Assembly: GCA_964619855.1 (NCBI GenBank)
Contig: CAZUGI010000002.1
Location: forward strand, 1,159 to 65,158
Source: an uncultured Geobacter sp.
Lineage (GTDB): Bacteria; Desulfobacterota; Desulfuromonadia; Geobacterales; Pseudopelobacteraceae
Direction of reading: 5' to 3'
Length of the DNA stretch: 64,000 nucleotides
A program made the position numbers and the translations under genes. Positions within the stretch are counted from its first letter, which is position 1; the number at the start of each line of letters is the position of its first letter. This document shows, piece after piece, positions 55,439-63,242 of this stretch. The notes beneath the pieces were generated by a model. That model was not told the origin of the DNA. It ran no database searches and was given only the letters and a program-made list of their open reading frames with translations.

Positions 55439-56158
55439 TTACGAAATCGGACGTAACCGTTTCAAAAAAGGGAAAATCTTCATTGAATAATAAGCTGTAA
55501 ACGCCAGTGTTGCCCATATAAAGCCAAAATTCGCAGAAATAATCCTCAGAGATTCGGCGAAACAGGGCAGATCACTCACGCCACCGGGGCGTGCATATCC
55601 TATGAAATCCGGCGAATGGACAAAATTTGCCCCGCTTTTCTTAAGCCGTTGATTGAAATCAAAATCTGCGTATATCCGATAACGGCAATCGAACGGGGGG
55701 ACAGGATGGAGCGCCTTGTTTACCAGAAGTGCCTGATGGTGAATTGAGTTGTACAGCTTCAGATGAAAATCCGCTCTGGATAAGAAGACTGACTTTTCGC
55801 CCATCCTTACAAAACCATACACCACGTCATTCTTTTTGTAACAGCTCATAGTATCCGGAAGCGATATGATCCTGTCTCCAGCACCCAGAAACAGGATAAA
55901 ACTGTTATCAACGGCGGCGGACCAACCCCTGTTCATGGCATCATAGATCCCACTATCCTGCTCACTGGCGAAGTATGAAATCTGGTCGGAGTATTTTTTG
56001 ATTATCTCCGTCGTCCCATCCGTCGAACCTCCGTCAATTACAATGTAATCGATCTCGGTTGCTACCTTTTTCTCAATAACGCTGAGTATGGTTTCTTCAA
56101 TATGACTTTCGGCATTTTTGACTACTGTGATTACGGATATTTTACCCGCGCTATTCAT
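55439..56158 (-). CDS. glycosyltransferase family 2 (small, C-terminal hydrophobic anchor)
   Basis: ISVITVVKNAESHI, IVIDGGSTDGT, GIYDAMN, GAGD. The C-terminal FGFIWATLAFTAYY segment is hydrophobic. Confidence 0.8.
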   Translation of the reverse strand: MNSAGKISVITVVKNAESHIEETILSVIEKKVATEIDYIVIDGGSTDGTTEIIKKYSDQISYFASEQDSGIYDAMNRGWSAAVDNSFILFLGAGDRIISLPDTMSCYKKNDVVYGFVRMGEKSVFLSRADFHLKLYNSIHHQALLVNKALHPVPPFDCRYRIYADFDFNQRLKKSGANFVHSPDFIGYARPGGVSDLPCFAESLRIISANFGFIWATLAFTAYYSMKIFPFLKRLRPIS

Positions 56159-57114
56159 GAGTGCATGGGGGTGCTACGGTTAAATAGTAAACAGAAAATC
56201 ATCACCGCCCGATCCCATTTTCCCATACAAAGGCGTAACAGAAGCGACCCGACAATTACCAGCCAGACCGACGGCAACGCATATGGATAAAACCGTCGGG
56301 TAAACAAAAGGCGGTTACGGATGTTGAAATAATCACTGGTATAACTCATTTTTGCCGGATTACTGCTTGTACCGATACTGCCACCAAGCTTGTGATACAC
56401 GATGCTTTGCGGCGCATAACCAAGAGTGAAACGACCTTTGGCCCGGATCGCCCAGTCAGCCTCCTCAAAGTACAGGAAATAGTCTTCACACAACAGACCG
56501 ACTTCATCAAGGAACTGCCGTGATACTAGCATTGAGGCTCCTTCAACGTAATTCATCCACGCCTCTGCCCGCTTCAGGCTTATTGTTTCAGTTCCCCACT
56601 TGCTGAAACGACCATAGTGCCAGGGAAGGCCGATCCAGCGGCAATAATGTCCACCACCCAACGCCTGAATCTTATTACGATCATGATACAATCTAACGGT
56701 GGATCCACAAATACCAGCAGACGGTTGCTGCTCCATTCTCGCGACCAGATGGCTCAATGAATCAGGTTCCACCACTGTATCATTGTTCAAAAGCCAGCAA
56801 TAGCTCGCATCACCCCGATTCAAGGCATAACGCAGCCCCACATTATTGCCTCCTGCAAATCCGAGGTTTTCAGCGTTCCGGATCATAGTCAGCAGCGAAT
56901 CGGCTTCCAGCTTCCCCCCTGCCTCGGCCTCGGCATAACTTACTTCATGGCAATCCGCCCAATTTCTGATCTCCTGTAAAGAATCGTCGCAGGAGCCATT
57001 GTCACAGACAACAATACGGTAATTCGGGTATTCCAGTAACAGCAGACTTTCCAGGCACTCAACGGTATTCTGCCAGCCGTTCCAGTTAACAGTTATTATA
57101 TAGACCCGACTCAC
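56155..57114 (-). CDS. glycosyltransferase family 2 (rhamnosyltransferase/WbbL-like) with a C-terminal hydrophobic segment
   Basis: The ORF runs to 57255, but GTG 57114 gives a GTGA overlap with the UbiA stop and begins VSRVYIITVNWNG. Also VCDNGSCDDS, NLGFAGGNN and a C-terminal LPSVWLVIVGSLLL. Confidence 0.8.
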   Translation of the reverse strand: MSRVYIITVNWNGWQNTVECLESLLLLEYPNYRIVVCDNGSCDDSLQEIRNWADCHEVSYAEAEAGGKLEADSLLTMIRNAENLGFAGGNNVGLRYALNRGDASYCWLLNNDTVVEPDSLSHLVARMEQQPSAGICGSTVRLYHDRNKIQALGGGHYCRWIGLPWHYGRFSKWGTETISLKRAEAWMNYVEGASMLVSRQFLDEVGLLCEDYFLYFEEADWAIRAKGRFTLGYAPQSIVYHKLGGSIGTSSNPAKMSYTSDYFNIRNRLLFTRRFYPYALPSVWLVIVGSLLLRLCMGKWDRAVMIFCLLFNRSTPMHS

Positions 57115-57953
57115 GAATAGATGCTCCAGACAACCATCAGAACCCACAAAAGTCCCACAGCTAAAAGAACCCAATCCTTCAGCAGTGATTCGGTTGGATC
57201 CCCGCCTTTCCCTGCGCAGACTCGAAACATATAGCGTAATAACCCAAAGAGACATAAAGGAACGCTATAAATGAGCATCTGCTTGTTCAAGGTGTACATG
57301 GCGTAGGTGACCAACACGGCGCCACCAGTCATATACAACGTTCCATCAAGAAAACCGGGCGGATAATTTCCCAGACTTACACGGTGCTCTCCAGCCATGT
57401 CTCCCAGAGAGCGCGACTCACTTAAACGTTTCCCGGTACTGAGAAATATCGCCAACAAAAAAACTGTCAGAAACAGCCAGGGTGAGATTGGAATCTGATA
57501 CAACTCTCCACCAGCCTGAAGACGAATCAGAAAACCGGCAGAAATACAGAAGAGATCAACCACCGGCAACGTTTTCAGATGCAAAGAATATAAAGTGGTA
57601 ATGACTGCGTAACATATCAACAGCAAAAGAAAACTGGAAGATACGACTCCTGCCAATATCAGCCCGATAATCAGCAGCAAAGAAGATAGAACGCTTGCTC
57701 CAGATAAGCTGACAGCACCGGAAGGTATCGGCCGCATACGTTTTTGAGGATGGCGGGTATCACACTTCCGATCCAGCAGGTCATTGAAGATATATCCGGC
57801 GCTGGACACCAGGCAAAAAGCGAAAAAAGGTGCAAGCCCCTTGGTGAAAATTCCTGGCAACAGCATCTGACCTGCCAGAAAAGGCGGAAAGAACAGCATC
57901 AGATTCTTCAGCCATTGAGAAGGCCGCAATATGGTCAGGTATGCCGTTGTCAT
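57111..57953 (-). CDS. UbiA-family prenyltransferase, decaprenyl-phosphate phosphoribosyltransferase (DPPR synthase)-like
   Basis: RPSQWLKNL..F.P and YIFNDLLDRKCDTRHPQKRMRPIPSG match the N-D-x-x-D-x3-D-x2-HP-x-KR-x-RPI-x-x-G pattern I know from mycobacterial Rv3806c-type enzymes. About 8 TM helices. Confidence 0.7.
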   Translation of the reverse strand: MTTAYLTILRPSQWLKNLMLFFPPFLAGQMLLPGIFTKGLAPFFAFCLVSSAGYIFNDLLDRKCDTRHPQKRMRPIPSGAVSLSGASVLSSLLLIIGLILAGVVSSSFLLLLICYAVITTLYSLHLKTLPVVDLFCISAGFLIRLQAGGELYQIPISPWLFLTVFLLAIFLSTGKRLSESRSLGDMAGEHRVSLGNYPPGFLDGTLYMTGGAVLVTYAMYTLNKQMLIYSVPLCLFGLLRYMFRVCAGKGGDPTESLLKDWVLLAVGLLWVLMVVWSIYS

Positions 57954-59704
57954 TTTTCAGCTTCCAGCCTAATAAAGAATGTTTTGGCAGCAGCTTTATA
58001 GTGGGCATATATCGGGGCAGCTTCATAGGCCCTGCGGAAGAAATCAGCCGCCTCGTCCGTTTTTCCTGCGATGAGTGCTATCTGTCCACTCCGGTAGAAC
58101 CAGAACGGATCGGGTTTCTTCTGACTCAGCAATTCAAGGGTTTCCAACAGATCGTTTGCCAATAAGACTTTCCCCTCTTTTTCAATTGTCTCGAGCCTTT
58201 TACTATCTGCTGTATATAATAATTCCAAAAAGTCTATTGGAGCATCCTGCTTTTTCTTGAAAAGTTGAAAAAAATAAGTTCTGGCATCAAAGTATTTACC
58301 TCCAGCAATCATTGTTCCCATAATACCTGATTTTATAGGATAGCGCATTGAAACACGTTGATTCAAACGATCTGCAGTGGTAAACGCTTCAGCCGCCCGG
58401 TCAATTTCACCCTTTTGCAATAGAAGCCCACCCAGGGAATGATATAGTGAGCCAAATTCAGGTGACTTGGTAACAGCATCCTGAAAAAACGAGAGAGAAT
58501 CCTTCCAGAGAAGATTACGTTGAAAACTTCCAAAAGCAGCGCCACAAATTAAAAGCACAATAACGGATGGCAGCACAACAGGGTATTTTCGTTGCCAGAT
58601 CTCGTAGATATTGACTAAACCCAGAGCGAAGAACGCAGTTGGCAGATACAGGTAGCGCTCGGCAAAGGGTGTCCAGGCAACCTGCTTCACAGCGACTAAT
58701 ATGGCTGGCATAATGAAGAGCGCAGACGATAATAAAAGCACCCCCGACAGCCTGTAATGTCTGAACATCCAGAACAGGCCAGGGATGATCAACAGTGCCA
58801 AAAAACCGTACATCGGGTGTACATCATTTATGGCGAAGTTAAGCGGAAACGGAAAAATTAACTTCCTGACATAAAAACCAAATGCTGTAAGCGCCTGCCA
58901 TAAGTCTTTTGCAACCTGCAGATCAGTGCCGGAAATAAACCGGCTTAATCCGCTTGAGCTGCTCCGCAAGACCAGAGCAAAAAACACCAGCACCCCCCCT
59001 GGGACCGCCATCATGGAAACCGCTGTTAATCGTTGTCGGTTTGTGGCTGCTCCGGACCAGGCAAGGGCTAGCAAAATAACGACCGCACCAAAAGCCAGTG
59101 CTGTCTCCTTGGTCAGAAGAGCGGCTCCAAAAAGCAGCAGGGTAGCTACAATATTCTGCCATCTTGGTTGATCAAGCCAGCGCAGCCATAAATAACTCGA
59201 AGACAGCACAAACATGGCAAGCAGAGGGTCGGTTCTCCCGGCAATCCAGGTGACCGCCTCGACATTGACCGGATGCAGAGCAAAGAGGAGCGCAGCCAGA
59301 AGAGGAATCAAGCCGGTTTTATTATCTTGCCCGTCAATAATCATGCGTGCCAGAAAATACACCAACAGACTGTTAGCACAATGCAGCAGGATGTTTTCCA
59401 GGTGCATGACACTCGATTCCAGCCCCCACAGCCAGTTATCAAGGTAGAAGGATAGCTCAACAAACGGCCTGAAGTAATAGTTGTTGCCGGGAAGCAAAAT
59501 ATCTGAAAGGGGTGGGGAAGCGGAAAATCTAGCGATGATGCCCGGATCATCTACCGGATGTATGCCGCTGAACAGGGCTGGATAATATGTTGCCAGAATA
59601 ACTGCAACCAGCAATACGGGGACAGACAATGGGTTACGTAGCAGGTTGCTACTGGGCCACGATCTCAAGGAAGAACGCCTCCATATCTTTACGGCGCGGT
59701 TCAA
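57950..59704 (-). CDS. GT-C family membrane glycosyltransferase (PMT_2/TMTC-like) with a C-terminal TPR domain
   Basis: 584 aa. First-loop acidic motif HPVDDPG, then YYFRPFVELSFYLD...MHLENILLHCANSLL as in PMT_2/TMTC proteins, about 10 TM helices, and a TPR-like soluble tail of about 170 aa. The annotated start overlaps the upstream ABC ATPase by 56 nt, so the start is uncertain. Confidence 0.7.
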   Translation of the reverse strand: MNRAVKIWRRSSLRSWPSSNLLRNPLSVPVLLVAVILATYYPALFSGIHPVDDPGIIARFSASPPLSDILLPGNNYYFRPFVELSFYLDNWLWGLESSVMHLENILLHCANSLLVYFLARMIIDGQDNKTGLIPLLAALLFALHPVNVEAVTWIAGRTDPLLAMFVLSSSYLWLRWLDQPRWQNIVATLLLFGAALLTKETALAFGAVVILLALAWSGAATNRQRLTAVSMMAVPGGVLVFFALVLRSSSSGLSRFISGTDLQVAKDLWQALTAFGFYVRKLIFPFPLNFAINDVHPMYGFLALLIIPGLFWMFRHYRLSGVLLLSSALFIMPAILVAVKQVAWTPFAERYLYLPTAFFALGLVNIYEIWQRKYPVVLPSVIVLLICGAAFGSFQRNLLWKDSLSFFQDAVTKSPEFGSLYHSLGGLLLQKGEIDRAAEAFTTADRLNQRVSMRYPIKSGIMGTMIAGGKYFDARTYFFQLFKKKQDAPIDFLELLYTADSKRLETIEKEGKVLLANDLLETLELLSQKKPDPFWFYRSGQIALIAGKTDEAADFFRRAYEAAPIYAHYKAAAKTFFIRLEAEK

Positions 59705-60512
59705 TCTTTTCTATTGCCTGTTGATTACTGGCCGACTGCTGGATGAACGACTGCAAGTCCGCTTTGTTAACAAATATTTCTTCGTTTCTACCATCTGGGG
59801 ATGTTACAAACACGGTATAACCTTCCACACCACGCTGCAGTATATTCGACACACTGTCCACCACCAGCAACTGACCCTTGTTGATAACTCCCACACGATC
59901 GCAGACCTTTTCTACATCATCAGTAATATGAGTGCTAAAGAACACACACTTGCCCCGTTTCTTCAGATCGAGGATAATATCTTTAACAAGCGCTCGGCCG
60001 ATCGGATCCAAGCCACTCATTGGTTCATCAAGAATATAAACATCAGGATCGTGAATCAGAGTCTGAGCCAATCCAACCCTCTGCACCATTCCTTTGCTGT
60101 ATCCACGCATCTGGCGATTTCGAGAATCCCACAACTCCAGCAGCTTAAGCATCTCCTCCGTGCGTTGTGCCAGTAATTCACTAGGCATCTCAAAAATTCT
60201 GCCTACAAAGCGAAGATATTCCTCCGCTGAAAGATAGTCATAAAATGCCGGATTCTCAGGCAGATATCCAACAGTTTTTCTGGCATCTGCAGCTGAGATT
60301 GCCTTGCCCATTATGGCTGCATTGCCTGATGATGGCTTTATCAAACCCATCAGGCATTTGATGGCAGTACTCTTACCGGCACCGTTCGGACCGAGAAAGC
60401 CAAACACCTCTCCCTGCCCAATTGAAAGAGAAATCCCCTTCAGAGCCACAACTTCAACACTCTTTTTACCCTTAAAAGTTTTACCCAGCCCGGTAATCTC
60501 AATTGCCAACAT
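59649..60512 (-). CDS. ABC transporter ATP-binding protein (ABC-2 subfamily partner)
   Basis: GFLGPNGAGKST (Walker A), YSKGMVQRVGLA (signature), ILDEPMSGLD (Walker B); 287 aa. Confidence 0.9.
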   Translation of the reverse strand: MLAIEITGLGKTFKGKKSVEVVALKGISLSIGQGEVFGFLGPNGAGKSTAIKCLMGLIKPSSGNAAIMGKAISAADARKTVGYLPENPAFYDYLSAEEYLRFVGRIFEMPSELLAQRTEEMLKLLELWDSRNRQMRGYSKGMVQRVGLAQTLIHDPDVYILDEPMSGLDPIGRALVKDIILDLKKRGKCVFFSTHITDDVEKVCDRVGVINKGQLLVVDSVSNILQRGVEGYTVFVTSPDGRNEEIFVNKADLQSFIQQSASNQQAIEKIEPRRKDMEAFFLEIVAQ

Positions 60513-61383
60513 TCTTTTTCTCTCCCTTTGTTACTGCAAAGGCGTACTTACTAGTCGTTGCAACCGTGCCGCCTGTCTCCAGATAGAACCTGCCTCCGTA
60601 AGGATCCACCGGAGAGGGATTCAGCATACCTGCCTGCACCAACTGTTCTACTGAGACCGGCATTGTTCCCAGTATATTTTTGTAATTGTCACGAGCCAGT
60701 TCAATGCGTCGCACCTCGCGGAACGCCTGCAGTCGTATCTGGTATCCTCTCTTAATAACGGGATTCCTTTCCCTCTTTTCCATTGCGGTCAGGTAGGCAA
60801 TTGCATGGTCGGTCTGACCTGACTCCTGCATATAACGGCCGGCAAGGTTTATGTGCAGCGCATAGCCACTCAACTCTCCGGTTTTTTTGTAGTATTTCAT
60901 CGCATTTTTGTAATCCTTCAGGAAGTAAGCATAATTGAACCCAGCAAAGTAAGGAAGCTGCCAGTCCCAATCTCGATACTTCATTCCGTAATCCAGCAAG
61001 TCATTAGCGACCTTTATCTGTCCGGCATCCCATGTTAGAAATCCTTGGGCAAGATAGTAGGCATCCATATTGTAGGGGTCAAGCTGAACCGCCTGATGTA
61101 ACAGACGCGACATCCCCTGTAGGTCAATCAGTTGAGGCGCACTCAAACCTTGCTGTGACAAACCAACCATTTTACCATAATACATCATCACCTTGAACAC
61201 TAGCGATGCGCCAGTAAACTCTTTCTGATCAACGCTCAAAGGCTTCAGCCATTTGACGCTGGGAATATAACCAAGCTTTTCCACTATAGGCTTGTTACGC
61301 ATATACGAGGTAAAAGGCCCAATCATAAGGCTATACGAGATGAGGCCTATCAACAGGAGCATCAGAGGGACACGCTTACTCAC
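60499..61383 (-). CDS. membrane-anchored TPR-like protein of unknown function
   Basis: N-terminal TM (VPLMLLLIGLISYSLMIG), then helical-repeat-like segments (DPYNMDAYYLAQGFL, FLKDYKNAMKYYKK, SGQTDHAIAYL). It overlaps both flanking ABC genes. Confidence 0.45.
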   Translation of the reverse strand: MSKRVPLMLLLIGLISYSLMIGPFTSYMRNKPIVEKLGYIPSVKWLKPLSVDQKEFTGASLVFKVMMYYGKMVGLSQQGLSAPQLIDLQGMSRLLHQAVQLDPYNMDAYYLAQGFLTWDAGQIKVANDLLDYGMKYRDWDWQLPYFAGFNYAYFLKDYKNAMKYYKKTGELSGYALHINLAGRYMQESGQTDHAIAYLTAMEKRERNPVIKRGYQIRLQAFREVRRIELARDNYKNILGTMPVSVEQLVQAGMLNPSPVDPYGGRFYLETGGTVATTSKYAFAVTKGEKKNVGN

Positions 61384-62174
61384 TTCATTTCCCTCCGGTT
61401 GAACAGGAGAGTTGCTCCACCCAACAAGGTGGCGGTATAGGCAACAAAGTAGACGACTGTGATTCCCAATCCGGCCAAGTTTGGAGCAATGCTGTAAATA
61501 GCATTCATTTTCAGATCAAACCCCGCCAGATTGGGCAACAGGTAATACACAATTGAAGCAACAGACTTTGAAAATGGAGAAATCGCTTGGGTAGCAACTG
61601 GTGAATTAACATATTCATACACCTGCTGTGTGACACCACTGGCAAGAAAAACACAGACAGTACAAAATATCGGCAGGAAGAACGAGGTACTGACAGTTGA
61701 CAGCAGCAACGCTACACCTACCAACAGGATATACATGAGAGTCTCAAACACGATTGCTAAAACCAGCCAACCCCAGACAATCTGGCGGTCGGAAGGGTAG
61801 ATTGAGGAGGCTAACTTGATAGCAAGGCAGGCAACCGCCCCCAAAACCGTAGAGGTCAAAATAAGAAACAGCGCTAAACCAAAGAATCGGCCCAAAATAT
61901 ATGAACTGCGTGTTATCGGCAAACTGAGGATGCTAAAGCTGTAGCGTCGCTCCAGATCCTTCCAGAGCGAAGTAGCACCCAAAAAAACTGAAAGCAGCAA
62001 TAGTATGAAAGAAATAAGGGAAAGTGAAAGGGTGATGGAAAGCTCTGTAACCTGACGCATAGACAGGGAGGCGACTGAAGGTATAAAGAGAAACAGGACG
62101 ACGAGTGCTATAATCCCCTGAAACACACGATCTCTGAAAATACCTTTCAAGGTAACTCGGATAATATTAAGCAT
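61380..62174 (-). CDS. ABC-2 type transporter permease
   Basis: The ORF runs to 62312, but that extension crosses the pilin terminator. The ATG at 62174 gives MLNIIRVTLKGIFRDRVFQG, a typical ABC-2 permease N-terminus, followed by six hydrophobic helices. Confidence 0.65.
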   Translation of the reverse strand: MLNIIRVTLKGIFRDRVFQGIIALVVLFLFIPSVASLSMRQVTELSITLSLSLISFILLLLSVFLGATSLWKDLERRYSFSILSLPITRSSYILGRFFGLALFLILTSTVLGAVACLAIKLASSIYPSDRQIVWGWLVLAIVFETLMYILLVGVALLLSTVSTSFFLPIFCTVCVFLASGVTQQVYEYVNSPVATQAISPFSKSVASIVYYLLPNLAGFDLKMNAIYSIAPNLAGLGITVVYFVAYTATLLGGATLLFNRREMK

Positions 62175-62327
62175 ATCTGCAACCTCTCCAAAAACTGTTT
62201 GTGTTTGACAAACCGGGATGCAAATCATCCGGTTAACCGGCAAGGATAAAGGTGAAATGATTAAGGAGATACTTTCAGTTTGACCTATATCAACAACAGT
62301 CAAAAGAAACATGCTGCCTTATGACAT

Positions 62328-62357
62328 TAAAAAACGGGATGCCGAAACATCCCGTTG
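62328..62357 (-). terminator. rho-independent terminator after the pilin gene pair
   Basis: The minus strand reads AACGGGATG-tttcgg-CATCCCGTT-TTTTT: a perfect 9-bp stem plus a T5 run, 28 nt after the stop of the 133-aa ORF. Confidence 0.65.
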
Positions 62358-62384
62358 TGTATCTTAGCAAGTTTGATGCAAAAA

Positions 62385-62786
62385 TCAGTATGCAGTCCAA
62401 CCGCCTCCCACGAATTTCTGTGGCGTAAGGTTAGCACCAAGGCACCCTTGTGCAGCAGTAACAGTGGATAGATCACCAGCTACTGATTGTTTCCAGTAGA
62501 TTTGTGTAGCATCATCCGATGTACCGAACACCTTGTTACCGGTTTGGTGCTTTGAGCAAAGCGCGTAGTGAGTAGTGGAGTAAGTTGGGCTTCCGTTGAC
62601 CTTTGAAGAAAATTTGACAAGCGGGCTTGGTGCGTTGGAGGCTGATGCTGAATCAACACCACCATAAAGGGCAAAACCATCTGCTGAAAAAGCACCACTT
62701 GCCAAATCACCAGCCGAACCGGCAGCTGCAAAAGCATTAACTGCGCAGGCAAGCAACAATAATGATAATAAAATTATTTTTTTCAT
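62385..62786 (-). CDS. secreted/lipoprotein-like 133-aa protein in the PilA-C (detached pilin head domain) position
   Basis: Signal peptide MKKIILLSLLLLAC (possible lipobox) or AFA|A cleavage. The mature part is Ala/Gly/Ser-rich with exactly two Cys (C77, C115). Own GGAGGA RBS; starts 37 nt after the pilA-N stop. Confidence 0.45.
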   Translation of the reverse strand: MKKIILLSLLLLACAVNAFAAAGSAGDLASGAFSADGFALYGGVDSASASNAPSPLVKFSSKVNGSPTYSTTHYALCSKHQTGNKVFGTSDDATQIYWKQSVAGDLSTVTAAQGCLGANLTPQKFVGGGWTAY

Positions 62787-62823
62787 ATAATCCTCCTAGT
62801 TAGTGTGTGTAAAAACTACGACG

Positions 62824-63048
62824 TTATTTTTGATAAATGACAGCCGGATAAGCCTGAAAGTCAGCGTTGTAAGCCTCCATGCCAGTCTTCCAGTTCTTAA
62901 GGTCGGAGTTAGCAGCACTGTTGTAGGCCTTCTCGCGGTAGGCCGAGAACTGCGGGACGGCGATGGCTGCCAGGATACCGATGATCGCAACAACGATCAG
63001 CAGCTCGATCAGGGTGAAGCCTTTGTTGCTTCTGAGCTTGTTCAACAT
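62824..63048 (-). CDS. pilA: truncated type IVa pilin (Geobacter PilA-N type), 10-aa leader + 64-aa mature protein
   Basis: MLNKLRSNKG|FTLIELLIVVAIIGILAAIAVPQFSAYREKAYNSAANSDL...: prepilin peptidase site G-1/F+1 and E+5. No Cys, and it ends after the alpha1 helix plus a short tail. AGGAG RBS 8 nt upstream. Confidence 0.9.
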   Translation of the reverse strand: MLNKLRSNKGFTLIELLIVVAIIGILAAIAVPQFSAYREKAYNSAANSDLKNWKTGMEAYNADFQAYPAVIYQK

Positions 63049-63115
63049 AATGTTTCTCCTTTCATGGTTTGTGCTCTGCAGAGAGAGCTTTGTAATTTAT
63101 GATACCCAGGTTTGA

Positions 63116-63131
63116 TGCAAAAACAAGACCA
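63116..63131 (-). promoter_or_regulatory. candidate sigma54 (-24/-12) promoter for pilA
   Basis: The minus strand reads TGGTCT-TGTTT-TTGCA, so GG and GC are correctly spaced versus the TGGCAC-N5-TTGCW consensus. About 68 nt upstream of the pilA ATG. Motif only. Confidence 0.3.
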
Positions 63132-63242
63132 TCTGTTAAAAAAACATTAAAATTGTTGGTATTGCTGACTGGCTGGGGCTGGACAGAAGCATAAATAAAG
63201 TTAAAAAAACAACTTTACGGCACCATTTTGTGACATTTTTTG

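Noticed and set aside
62796-63102. ORFs overlapping pilA on both strands (62796..62993 on the minus strand, 62803..63102 on the plus strand).
   Set aside because: The pilin frame has the unmistakable prepilin leader and alpha1 helix plus an RBS. The alternatives have no features and are frame or strand shadows.
62371-63123. An identical 14-mer, GTTTGATGCAAAAA, occurs at 62371..62384 (just after the 133-aa ORF stop) and at 63110..63123 (overlapping the candidate sigma54 -12 element).
   Set aside because: The second copy lacks a correctly spaced GG (-24) partner, so it is not a second sigma54 promoter. One 14-nt coincidence is too little to call a regulatory repeat. It would be worth revisiting only if it is conserved in relatives.
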